From contig CASIBX010000005.1 in assembly GCA_949373075.1 (NCBI GenBank), positions 5,873 to 69,872 on the forward strand: a stretch of 64,000 bases of DNA, given 5' to 3'. Made by a program: the position numbers and the translations under genes. Position 1 is the first letter of the stretch. Each line of letters opens with the position of its first letter. The notes beneath the pieces are model-generated. The model was given only the letters and a program-made list of their open reading frames with translations. It was not told the origin of the DNA and did no database searches. Shown here in pieces: positions 53,767 to 63,195 of this stretch. This DNA is from Candidatus Poseidoniaceae archaeon. Lineage in GTDB: Archaea > Thermoplasmatota > Poseidoniia > Poseidoniales > Poseidoniaceae.

Positions 53767-54878
53767 ACGTCGACCTCATAATGCCAGCGGTCTTGATCAG
53801 GGTCCCATTCATCCCAAGTGGGAATTGTTTCTAGTACATCATGTAGATTGTCAGGAACGATTCCTGAGACGATGAATGCTTTTTGTCTGTGAAGCGGGTA
53901 AGGATTTCTCAATTCAATTCCGAGGCAACCCAATATTGCTCTGGCAACATACCATGTTGCTTGAGAATTCCATCCATGCGCAATTTTCACCACGATTCCT
54001 AACCCCTTAGGGTAATCAGGATGCTCAATCGCCATTCCCAGTAAACCATCTGCGCCTTCTTTAGCGATTACCTTACCATTGCCAATTTTTAGAATTGTAG
54101 AATCTAGCCTGTTAAATCCGCCAACTAAATCGGGATGGCGACACATTGCTTCCCAAATCCAATCCTCATCTTTGTCCCTAACCAGTCCAGCGTAAATTTT
54201 AGCCAACTCTGCAACTGTGTTTGAGACGGTAGGAAGACCACAACCATCTTTTGCAATCCTTAGTGGATTCCAATCATCGCCCAAATACTTCCTTATCTGC
54301 TCCATATAGGCATGAAATACCTCGTGATTAGGCAAGGTATAGCCGGCTCTGCCCCATCCTTTTGCACGGCAACCTGCTAGAATTGCAGCATGTTCACCAC
54401 TACAGGTATGATACCATCTTCTTGGACGTCTTACTTGGCGTCCAAATTGAATAAGAGGAACATCTACTGGAGTGAGCATAAGGGGCCATTCCGCTTCATA
54501 AAGTAAAGATTGAGCGGCAGCTACATGTTCAGTATCGCCATTATGGCTAGCGACAGCAATTGCTTTTTGTTCCCAAGTGTGGTCTTTTAATTCCTCAGTA
54601 AAGGCCTTGAGCATGAAGGGCTTCATCATTGAACGACCATAACACAGTACATTGCCTCCAAATGAATGTACTACTTCGTCACCGTGGCACCATGCAACAG
54701 CACCATGTATTGTGGTTTCTGAAACACCATTGCGACGGTAATCGACCAACGGCTCCCATTCAACATCTCTTCCGGTGGGAATGCCTTCTACATCCTCCCC
54801 TAATGGTGAATCGGGATAGATTGCAGACCCTGGTTTGCCCGGTGCTACTGCTGAATTAGGGTCGTGTCTTAATCCCAT
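53763..54878 (-). CDS. Asparaginase II (PF06089-type) family protein
   Basis: RSMMKPFMLKAF, ASHNGDTEHV, HTCSGEHAAILAGC and DGCGLPT match the family's S.xKP / SHxGE..H / CSGKHA / DGCG series. The start overlaps the ALDH stop by 4 nt. Confidence 0.65.
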   Translation of the reverse strand: MGLRHDPNSAVAPGKPGSAIYPDSPLGEDVEGIPTGRDVEWEPLVDYRRNGVSETTIHGAVAWCHGDEVVHSFGGNVLCYGRSMMKPFMLKAFTEELKDHTWEQKAIAVASHNGDTEHVAAAQSLLYEAEWPLMLTPVDVPLIQFGRQVRRPRRWYHTCSGEHAAILAGCRAKGWGRAGYTLPNHEVFHAYMEQIRKYLGDDWNPLRIAKDGCGLPTVSNTVAELAKIYAGLVRDKDEDWIWEAMCRHPDLVGGFNRLDSTILKIGNGKVIAKEGADGLLGMAIEHPDYPKGLGIVVKIAHGWNSQATWYVARAILGCLGIELRNPYPLHRQKAFIVSGIVPDNLHDVLETIPTWDEWDPDQDRWHYEVDV

Positions 54879-54882
54879 TTAA

Positions 54883-56109
54883 TCACTCCAACAAAGGTAC
54901 TACTTCGTGCCACCATGCTTCCATATTACGGATAACTCGGTCGCTATCGTGATTAAAGAAATCAAACCAACACATTAGACGGTCTTCAGGATGAAAACGC
55001 TCTTTGACCTGAGATGCTACCTCGCTGGCATTCCCAATTAGTGCATTATCTGCTGCCTTCTCGACCTTAGATGGGTCCAGAGTGCCTTCGAGTGCTTTCC
55101 AATACTCTCCTAATGCTTGCCTAGCCTCTTCGTGAGCAGCAAGAGATTGCTCCTCAGGAGAAAGTCCCTTCTCGGAATTAAGGAATACAAATGTAGTCCG
55201 AGGCATATCCCTACGTTGCCATTCGCCCCCATCCGAATGAAACATTTCGCTCATTCTTTGGTGGGTCGAATCAATAACTTCGGGAGAGGTTATAGAGAGA
55301 TTGAAAACTTTGACTGGCATGAATTTGTTGACAAACTCTTGGGCCTTAGGATCGTGAGTTCCCGCAACCAATTCTAATTGGGATCTAGGCCATTGTTTAG
55401 GAACTATTGAAATCTCTTCGAAATTATATCTCCTTTCAACCTCTATACTTCCCACAGTCGATTCTCCGGATGTTTCCTCTACTGCAAGTTGGACTTTGTC
55501 CCAATCTTCGTCACTACGGAAATTATCTCGAGTCAATATGGTTTCTCTTATGTCATCAGAATGAATCGTATCACCGCGTAGTAGTCGCAAGAATATCTCG
55601 CTTGCTTCCATGAAAATCTGACCGCGCAAAGCTGGCCATGCTGCTTCTTCGATTGGATTACGGGGGACGATTCCATATGGACGTGCCATGAATTCAAATC
55701 TGCCAGCACTAAAACCAACATGCAATTTCCTTTTGGAATCCATGTGGGAAAGGAATTGTACGGTGTTAGCAACTCTTTCGGCTTGAGCGATTGGACCACC
55801 ACTAGCCAGTATACTGACTACTGCCGAGCCAACATCAATTCTTTTTGTCCTTCTAAAAGATTCCATTGCTAATTGACAAAAGTCAGTACATAAACCAACT
55901 TCGCCTTGCCAATGAGGAACCACTGGCTTGGAGTTATCCTGTTGTGTTTGGGTCGATAAATGAGCCTGAGCTATCCATGCAACTCCGAACCCTAAACGGT
56001 CTGCTGCATCTAATTGTGCGTAGTAATTAGAGAACATTTCGGACTCGCTAGGTGTGAATCCATTATGGTCTGGAGTCTGTGATATCGAGAAGAATATGTC
56101 GTACTCCAT
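54883..56109 (-). CDS. Luciferase-like (LLM class) flavin-dependent oxidoreductase, with an internal insertion
   Basis: DAADRLGFGVAWIAQAHL and RIDVGSAVVSILASGGPIAQAERVANTVQFLS...HVGFSAGR resemble the LLM N-terminal barrel. The ATG at 56109 (MEYDIFFSI) is preferred over the track start at 56154. Confidence 0.5.
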   Translation of the reverse strand: MEYDIFFSISQTPDHNGFTPSESEMFSNYYAQLDAADRLGFGVAWIAQAHLSTQTQQDNSKPVVPHWQGEVGLCTDFCQLAMESFRRTKRIDVGSAVVSILASGGPIAQAERVANTVQFLSHMDSKRKLHVGFSAGRFEFMARPYGIVPRNPIEEAAWPALRGQIFMEASEIFLRLLRGDTIHSDDIRETILTRDNFRSDEDWDKVQLAVEETSGESTVGSIEVERRYNFEEISIVPKQWPRSQLELVAGTHDPKAQEFVNKFMPVKVFNLSITSPEVIDSTHQRMSEMFHSDGGEWQRRDMPRTTFVFLNSEKGLSPEEQSLAAHEEARQALGEYWKALEGTLDPSKVEKAADNALIGNASEVASQVKERFHPEDRLMCWFDFFNHDSDRVIRNMEAWWHEVVPLLE

Positions 56110-56153
56110 GTAATCCCTCTCCCTAGGGAGAGGGGCTCTATGTATCAATATCA

Positions 56154-56951
56154 CTATTCGGCTGTTAGTTTAGAGACACGTTCTCTAACTGGCTCAGGAA
56201 CTACTTCTCCTGCTTCCATGAAAACGGTCATGATGTCTGAAAGTTGAACCATTGCCTCATCGGGCTGATTCGAAATTTCGGCTAAATCTGCTAATCCCCA
56301 TCGAGCAACTAATATCCCGGAGAGGTCATTAATTTCAGTTGCTATCGTAAGAGACTGAATGAGTAATTCTTGAGATTGTTCCAACTCACCTAGCGTAGAA
56401 TGGGAGTGCGCTAAATCAGCAAGTGCTTCCATTTTCTCAAAACGCTCTGATTCGGGAATGAGTTCCAATCTCTTTCGAAGATGGAGTTGACTCTTTTCAA
56501 ACTCGCCATCTTCTTTTGCAATATGGGCAATTAATGCATGACCGTAAATCATGCCCTCTAAGTCCTCGGCTTGTTCACGAAGTCGCATTGAGCGGTTTGC
56601 AAAAACACCTGCATCTTCGCTGCCCAATGAGATCAAGGACACATGGTGAAAAATACCTGCCGCTAATCCAGGTAGTCCTTCATTTTCAGAAACCACACCT
56701 AGACCTATCAATTCATCCTTACTCGCACCATTGTGCTTCAGTAGTTCGAATTGGCACCAACCTTGGTCTTCAGGATTCAATGAAACCTTAGCAGCATGGT
56801 CTAGTAACCTAGCGACAAGCGCATCTCTTCCCAAGTCGCGTGCTAATTCAACAAGATGTAATGCTAGACTTGTGTTTACCGATTCCAAACCTTCGCCTTC
56901 GGCGAACATCTCTAGAACTTCTTCTGCTTGTGTTGGACTCATTTCTGGCAA
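56154..56951 (-). CDS. Hypothetical all-helical TPR-like repeat protein
   Basis: 265 aa with recurring ~34-aa helical-hairpin periodicity (for example ALADLAHSHSTLGELEQSQELLIQSLTIATEINDLSG). No catalytic motif. Confidence 0.4.
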   Translation of the reverse strand: MPEMSPTQAEEVLEMFAEGEGLESVNTSLALHLVELARDLGRDALVARLLDHAAKVSLNPEDQGWCQFELLKHNGASKDELIGLGVVSENEGLPGLAAGIFHHVSLISLGSEDAGVFANRSMRLREQAEDLEGMIYGHALIAHIAKEDGEFEKSQLHLRKRLELIPESERFEKMEALADLAHSHSTLGELEQSQELLIQSLTIATEINDLSGILVARWGLADLAEISNQPDEAMVQLSDIMTVFMEAGEVVPEPVRERVSKLTAE

Positions 56952-56960
56952 GTTCTCACC

Positions 56961-57746
56961 TCAGATTGAACGCATTCGTCCGCCGTCGACAGCTAAGGAG
57001 ACACCACGAATACCGCCTGCTATGGGCATGCAAAGATATGCGATTGCAGCACCGGTTTCCAATGGGTCGATCAATCGGCCAATTGGAACCTGAGTCATCC
57101 ACCCAGAATGTACATCTTCCACACTCTTTCCTGTCTTTTCATTGATGGAAGCCGCCAAGGAACCTAGACGGTCAGTATCTGTAAACCCAGGAAGGACATT
57201 GTTGATGGTAATGCAAGATGGTAATTCGCTTGAAAGCGTTTTCGACCAAGATGCCATTGCTCCACGAAGTGTATTGGAAAGTCCAATGTTTGGAATTGGT
57301 TCTCTAACTGAAGTAGAGATGACATTGACTATCCTACCCATTCCTGCGTCTTCCATCATCGGAGCGATTCCTCTGACTAAAGTGTGGGCGGCGTGAAGAT
57401 GACGCTTGAAAGGTGCTTCAAAGTCTTCGATGTCATTATCCAGAAGTGGACCTCCTGGCGGACCTGCTGCATTATTGATTAAGATGTGACATTCGCCAAT
57501 TGAAGAAATGAATTCGGCAATTGCTTCTTGGTTTTCCAAATCGAGACTAACTGCTGTATGTCCTGAGCCTGATAGTTTGGAAATTAAGTGCTCAGGATTC
57601 CTACTAACTGCAGTTATTTTTGCTCCTGCTTTTGCCAGCATTTGGGCAGTTGCAGCACCGATTCCTTTGGATGCCCCACAAACAATTGCATGTTTGCCAA
57701 CTAAGGCCGTAGTTGAGAAGGGGTAGTCGTCTCCTAGCCAGTCCAT
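56961..57746 (-). CDS. Short-chain dehydrogenase/reductase family protein, atypical active site
   Basis: GKHAIVCGASKGIGAATA (TGxxxGxG-like), NNAAG, PGFTDT. The usual YxxxK position reads SNTLRGAMASWSK, with no Tyr, as in the BKR-like SDR subgroup. The start is taken at M25 to avoid overlapping the upstream gene. Confidence 0.75.
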   Translation of the reverse strand: MDWLGDDYPFSTTALVGKHAIVCGASKGIGAATAQMLAKAGAKITAVSRNPEHLISKLSGSGHTAVSLDLENQEAIAEFISSIGECHILINNAAGPPGGPLLDNDIEDFEAPFKRHLHAAHTLVRGIAPMMEDAGMGRIVNVISTSVREPIPNIGLSNTLRGAMASWSKTLSSELPSCITINNVLPGFTDTDRLGSLAASINEKTGKSVEDVHSGWMTQVPIGRLIDPLETGAAIAYLCMPIAGGIRGVSLAVDGGRMRSI

Positions 57747-57778
57747 GCCAATGCCAAGGGGCGCACAGTATTGAACCT

Positions 57779-58369
57779 TCACAGCCAGTCTCGAATAGTT
57801 TCTACTTGCGCTAACCAATCATCACTGGCTACATCGATGATTGAAAAATGGTCGCCAGGCAACCATAACTTCTGAATTTCTACTCCCTTAGCATCCATGG
57901 CTCTAGCGTATGATTCTGATTGTGTCCAAGGGACTTCATCATCCGCTTTACCATGCATTACTAGGACTGCTGTTCGAGGGGGATTATCTACTGGATTAAT
58001 CCGCCTCCAAACCTCCTCATTACCTTCTGGCTTACAACCGACCCATCGGCGCACTGCATCTCCATCATCAGATAATTTAGCATGATCTGCTGCAACTAAA
58101 TCTGTGATCGGAGCTTGAGCGATAGTTAGCCAAGGTTTTCGATCTGCAACTGCAGCCATCATCAAAGCAAGATGACCACCAGCAGAATGACCCATTATCA
58201 TTGAGCGAACAATGTCGATTCCGGGTAACAAAGCAAGTTGGCCCCACGCACGCATGACGTCAGATAAAGTATCAACCCAAACGCCTTCATCACCTTCTGA
58301 CCATCCTTTGAATTCGATATTCCATGCCGCTATTCCTTGCTCAGCAAGGTCTTCAGCAATCGGTGCCAT
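57779..58369 (-). pseudogene. Alpha/beta hydrolase (esterase/arylformamidase-like), 5'-truncated at the compositional breakpoint
   Basis: GHSAGGHLA nucleophile elbow and C-terminal HGKADDEVP / GDHF. Upstream in frame the sequence reads ...FGFFLNNGGFWKTEYTLEL, the oxyanion-hole HGG region. There is no ATG or GTG there, and the frame hits a stop at 58469-58471, inside AT-rich foreign-looking DNA. Confidence 0.55.
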
Positions 58370-58446
58370 CAATTCCAGAGTATATTCAGTCTTCCAAAAA
58401 CCACCATTGTTGAGGAAAAATCCAAAACTCCTAGAAATCGATATTA

Positions 58447-59360
58447 TGAATTCAGGATCAGCTTCTGACTATAGAATTCTAGATTTTAGAAAACCTATGA
58501 TTCGTTTTTGCAGTCAAGAAAGAAAACTCCATCAACAAGTTCAAGACTTTCCTGTCTTTAATGGAAAATATTCAACAACATGCTACTTAGATGAAACATT
58601 GCATGCCCTAGATGACATGTATAACAAAAGAAAACTAAATCCGATTAAGTATCTACGCTCTCTTCAAACTGTGTTTATGCACAGGCCTTACAGAAAAATG
58701 CCAGAAACTGGTCTTGCCATCGCTTATCTCTTTGCGCTCTCCACGGGTGATTCCGATGATCGAGCTGAACTCACATCATATTGTTATGAAGCAGGAATTG
58801 ATCCCGTTAAAGTCATAAATGAAATGCAAGAATACTCACCAGATATAAAAAATCTAGCCAATCCAACAGATCTTAATAATGAAGCCTTCCCAATGACAAT
58901 GGCCATATTTAAAATATTCAGAGCCTCAAGACATTATCGTAGGGAAGTTTTAGATAAGATGGCTCTAGGAAGTGATACGATGTTAGATCTTGGTAATCTT
59001 TATACAGCTGCTTTACCAGCATGGATAGCAGCTGGTATAGAACAAGCATTAATAGAGAATATAGATCTCACTGGTACTGAAATTCTCACTCTTGGATATG
59101 GCAGTGGCGATGCCGCAGAAGTAATACCTTTTAAAGTCTGTAAAGGATGGAAAGACGCTGCAAAAAACATTCAATTTTCTAAAGCTATGTCATTCACAAT
59201 AGATATTAATAAAGAGCAATATATTGATCTTCATAACGGGAAGTCCCTAGAAAGATTAAATTATGAATTAAAGAACGAATTTATTATTGAGCGTGTAGGC
59301 AATTCAGCACAAAAAAATTATCAGGATATAGGTATCGAGTATCATCGATATATTAAATAA
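58447..59360 (+). pseudogene. mvaS: HMG-CoA synthase (bacterial MvaS-type), C-terminal ~300 aa only; the catalytic-Cys N-terminal third is missing
   Basis: KNPKLLEIDI..SDYRILDFRKP compares with NPSILAL..DVYDFWRP. FPVFNGKYSTTCYLDE compares with YPLVDGALSKDAYI. Also present are FMHRPYRKM, GNLYTAALP and LGYGSGDAAE. The upstream part of the track ORF (58212-58446) is antisense to the hydrolase and has no MvaS similarity. Confidence 0.6.
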
Positions 59361-59371
59361 TTGAATAATTT

Positions 59372-59941
59372 TTATGGGCTTGTCTTTAATAGCTCACTAT
59401 GATCTGAATTAATTCGCTCCCACTCCATAATGAACCATGGAGTATAAATACCCTCTCTCTTTAACAAGGTCGTTATATCTTTTGAATTTAAAAACTTAAA
59501 GTCTGCAATTTCATTCAGATTAATTTCTATCTTTTGGTCTATTTTGCCAATAAAAACATGACATAGTTCATTTTCAGAACCAACATCTTTATATTTAGCT
59601 GTATATGAAAATTTATAAATATATTCTAAATCAACAGCTTCAATACCCAATTCATCAAGCAATCTTCTATTCACAGCTTCAGTTATATTTTCACCCTCTC
59701 GTGGATGACTGCAACAACTGTTTGACCAAAATAAAGGCCATAATTTCTTTAATGCACTTCTTTGCTGTATCAGAAGTTCTCCTTTTGCATTGAATAAAAA
59801 AACCGAAAAAGCACGATGTAATCTTCCTTCACCTTGATGACAATCAATCTTACTCATTGTACCAATTTCATTATCAAGTGAATCAACGAGTATTAATCTC
59901 TCGCTATCAAACGAAACTATATTTTTATTTAATTTATGCAT
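59372..59941 (-). CDS. idi: Isopentenyl-diphosphate delta-isomerase, type 1 (Nudix)
   Basis: HRAFSVFLFNAKGELLIQQRSALKKLWPLFWSNSCCSHPREGE...AVNRRLLDELGI matches the IDI-1 core, including the catalytic Cys/Glu region. Confidence 0.85.
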   Translation of the reverse strand: MHKLNKNIVSFDSERLILVDSLDNEIGTMSKIDCHQGEGRLHRAFSVFLFNAKGELLIQQRSALKKLWPLFWSNSCCSHPREGENITEAVNRRLLDELGIEAVDLEYIYKFSYTAKYKDVGSENELCHVFIGKIDQKIEINLNEIADFKFLNSKDITTLLKREGIYTPWFIMEWERINSDHSELLKTSP

Positions 59942-59953
59942 TTATTTAGGCCA

Positions 59954-62197
59954 TCAAGATGAATTTATTGAAATAATTTTATAACCTGCTAACTCAAAAG
60001 TCTTTGCTATTTCTTCTTCTTTTCCTGGACAGAGGATAACGATTGATCCTCCACCACCGGAACCAGTGATCTTTGCCCCCAGCGCACCCTCTGATCTGGC
60101 TAAATTTACCATTTTCTCAAGCTCTGAATTTGATACTCCTATGGCGTTAAGCAACCCATGTGCCACATTCATTAATATTCCAAGCTCATCAAAATTACGA
60201 TCTTTTATTGCAGCTAAACCCTTCGTTGACAACTTTCCAAGCTGCATAAATATATCTGTATAAATATTTTTATTTTTTTCATACCTTGAACAAACTTCAT
60301 TGATTACATCGATAGTTTTTGATGATTTATTGCTTACTGCAATAATTATAGGAAGAGATTTAATATCATCAAAATCAATATTTTTAACGCCATCTTTTCT
60401 ATTATATAAAATTGGTTGAGCATAGCAGGCAACCGTATTATCAATACCAGAGGGATTTCCATGAGACAATGTTTCACACTCATACGCAATATCATTAATC
60501 TCCTTATCCGTTGATGTTAGATTAAATAAATCAATTAATCCTCTTATTAAAGCGACAGCATATGAAGCTGATGCTCCTAATCCCATGGAGAGAGGTATGC
60601 GAGAAAAGATTTTGATCTTATATTTCCCTCGATCTATTTTTAGTAAATCGGATATCATTTCTATCATTCGAACCAGATATGTATATTCATCAGAATTATT
60701 ATCAAAAAAACTATTTGAGTTTCCATTAATAATAAATTGATAATCTCCTTCTATTTCTTGCAGCTCAACTTTAACGGCCTTTTCAATAGGAATGGCTATT
60801 GCATAATGATCATAAACAACAGCATGTTCTCCAAATAATATTATTTTTCCTGCAGAAAAACCAAATCCTATTGGTCCAGTATCATCCTGAGAATCATCAG
60901 GCATAGTCTCTTTTAGCTTTATCGAGTCAAAAATCTCTTGAGCCTTCCATGCTTTAATTTCATTACTTAAAATTAAAGCATCCAAAACTTTAGAAAAGTA
61001 TCTCTCAGGAACATTAATACTCATCACCACACTTTTTGCGTGTAATTTCATATGGCCTTTTTGAATACCATAAGTTGTTAAAGCCCTTAATGCAGCTAAA
61101 TTTTGTGCTAGACCTACGGAGCCCATAATTATTGCTAACTCATTTGAATTTTTGGCAGCTGTTATCTTTAATCCTAACTGAGCGCCTGGATTTGCCTTCA
61201 AAGAACTGCCAACAATACCAACTTTAATCGGCATTTTTAGCTCGCCAACCAGATCACCATCAGCATCAACAAACCACTTTGTCAGTGATCTATATCTACC
61301 ATCTTGACAAGCATAAGCATGGGCCGCTGCTTCAATTGAGCGCCAATCGTTCCCAGTAGCAATCGCAACAGCATCAATTCCATTCATAATGCCTTTGTTA
61401 TGTGTTGTTGCACGATATGGATCAGAATCAGCAAAATCAGTCGCATTTATTATGCCATCACGAACCTCTGGGCCATCATAATCGTCTTTAGTCAAATATT
61501 GGTGAGGTATTTTCACTTTAATATTAATCAGAGATCGATCAGTCAAATTGGACAATATTTTCAAACCAACTCTGCAACTGGTTAATTCTGATAAATCATC
61601 TGCCAGAGACTCACAAATTGTATTTACCAAATTAGCTCCCATTGCATCTTTAGTGTCTATCAACAGATGTAATACAACTATTTGCTTACTTTTTTGCTTT
61701 ACTATTCGAATCTCAATATCTTTAACACCACCTCTTCTTTTAATTAAATTTGGTTGAGATAAATTTGCTGAATGAATTAATATTTTTTTGTTCTGCTCAA
61801 GAATGCCAACCGTATCTGCTATATTTTTAACATCAAGAAGCTGGATTTGCCCAATCAATAGAGACTCATGAATGGATGCAATAAATCCTCCTGACTTTCT
61901 AATAATCTTGGCAGCACTACTAACACCAGCAACTATGGATGGCTCTTCTACTACCATTGGCACTAAATAATCTTGATCATTAATTAAAAAATTAGTAGCT
62001 ATTGAGAGGGGTAACCCAAAAACACCTATTACATTTTCACTCATATTATCAGCAGTATGAGTCAGAATTACTTGATTTCCTGATTTGAGCAGTTGAGATT
62101 CCTCAGAAGTTAATATATCAAGATTAGATAGCACCTCAATCCTTTCGGCAATCGTCATTTTATAAAAGCCAGTTATATCTGATTTATTCATGATCAA
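59954..62197 (-). CDS. Fusion protein: class II HMG-CoA reductase (N-terminal, ~430 aa) + mevalonate kinase (C-terminal, ~300 aa)
   Basis: HMGR-II motifs: VEEPSIVAGVSSAAK, DAMGANLVNT, THNKGIMNGIDAVAIATGNDWR. MVK/GHMP motifs: GKIILFGEHAVVY, PLSMGLGASASYAVAL, KITGSGGGGSIVIL. It is a single uninterrupted 747-aa ORF. Confidence 0.85.
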   Translation of the reverse strand: MIMNKSDITGFYKMTIAERIEVLSNLDILTSEESQLLKSGNQVILTHTADNMSENVIGVFGLPLSIATNFLINDQDYLVPMVVEEPSIVAGVSSAAKIIRKSGGFIASIHESLLIGQIQLLDVKNIADTVGILEQNKKILIHSANLSQPNLIKRRGGVKDIEIRIVKQKSKQIVVLHLLIDTKDAMGANLVNTICESLADDLSELTSCRVGLKILSNLTDRSLINIKVKIPHQYLTKDDYDGPEVRDGIINATDFADSDPYRATTHNKGIMNGIDAVAIATGNDWRSIEAAAHAYACQDGRYRSLTKWFVDADGDLVGELKMPIKVGIVGSSLKANPGAQLGLKITAAKNSNELAIIMGSVGLAQNLAALRALTTYGIQKGHMKLHAKSVVMSINVPERYFSKVLDALILSNEIKAWKAQEIFDSIKLKETMPDDSQDDTGPIGFGFSAGKIILFGEHAVVYDHYAIAIPIEKAVKVELQEIEGDYQFIINGNSNSFFDNNSDEYTYLVRMIEMISDLLKIDRGKYKIKIFSRIPLSMGLGASASYAVALIRGLIDLFNLTSTDKEINDIAYECETLSHGNPSGIDNTVACYAQPILYNRKDGVKNIDFDDIKSLPIIIAVSNKSSKTIDVINEVCSRYEKNKNIYTDIFMQLGKLSTKGLAAIKDRNFDELGILMNVAHGLLNAIGVSNSELEKMVNLARSEGALGAKITGSGGGGSIVILCPGKEEEIAKTFELAGYKIISINSS

Positions 62198-63195
62198 ACC
62201 TCACGATTGAAGCCTACTTTATCTAACCCTAGGCACAATGGTACAAAACCCTTTTGTTTTGCTAATTCTTTAAACTCATTCAATAATTTATCAGATGAAG
62301 AAATACAAATACCAATGTCACCACCTGCACCACAGGGTTTGTAGACTAAATCGCTATTTTTCTTTGCTAAATCTAACAGCATATTATGCTTATTCCCAAA
62401 GATATTTAAATCATATTCAATACTAAATTCCATCAAAGCATTGGTATATTCATCGAGACAACTCAAGAATAGTTTGCTTGTGCCCCGCTCCCATATTGAA
62501 GCAAATTGTAAGGCTTTTTTGTTTAGATTTGAAAAACTTTGTTTTGAGAATGTTGTAATTTTAGACAATTGCCTAGGAGTACTAACCGGTATGCCACTCC
62601 AAAAAATTTTAAATTTTAAATTATCTGGAAAGTTCAAAGAAGTTGTAACTTTATCTTTACTACGAAAGTATTTAATAATTCCACCTTCTATTGAGGTGGC
62701 AATATCCACACCACTGCCATTAGCATCTTGAAACTCTTGGTGAGTTTTTAATGCCAACTCTTTTACTCCAATTGATAATTTGAAAGTGTCAATAAAAACA
62801 CTAGCCATAGAAACCGTGAGTGCTGCGCTAGAACCTATACCATATTTAAGCCCAGTAATTTCATCATAAAAACCACTGGTATCTAAGACGAATTGATAAA
62901 AAGCAGTAGGAACAATATTTATTTGTCGCCAAAAACACCCAAAAAATAATCTAATAGAATTATCATCCAATTCAGCATCTAACCATTCTATTTTTCCCTT
63001 GTCATTTACAATAAATGATAGTTCTCTATCTTTAAAACCCATAGTTTTTAAGATATGCCTTTTCTGACCATGCTCCGTGATAGAAGCAATTGCTCGTTTA
63101 TTAATAGCCATTGAAATTGCAGGAGCTTCAGCTAATACTGCAAATTCACCGGCAATAATAATTTTACCTGGCGCGCTTGCCTTAAAAGTTTTCAT
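62194..63195 (-). CDS. mvaK2: Phosphomevalonate kinase (GHMP type)
   Basis: SAPGKIIIAGEFAVL (compare PGKLFIAGEYAVV), YGIGSSAALTVS and YKPCGAGGGDIGI. There is a 4-nt ATGA overlap with both flanking genes. Confidence 0.7.
   Translation of the reverse strand: MKTFKASAPGKIIIAGEFAVLAEAPAISMAINKRAIASITEHGQKRHILKTMGFKDRELSFIVNDKGKIEWLDAELDDNSIRLFFGCFWRQINIVPTAFYQFVLDTSGFYDEITGLKYGIGSSAALTVSMASVFIDTFKLSIGVKELALKTHQEFQDANGSGVDIATSIEGGIIKYFRSKDKVTTSLNFPDNLKFKIFWSGIPVSTPRQLSKITTFSKQSFSNLNKKALQFASIWERGTSKLFLSCLDEYTNALMEFSIEYDLNIFGNKHNMLLDLAKKNSDLVYKPCGAGGDIGICISSSDKLLNEFKELAKQKGFVPLCLGLDKVGFNREV

Noticed and set aside
58212-58446. N-terminal 78 codons of the 382-aa track ORF (58212-59360)
   Set aside because: This part is simply the antisense of the alpha/beta hydrolase gene and has that gene's higher GC. 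MvaS similarity begins only near 58417, so the long ORF is a read-through artefact across the breakpoint.
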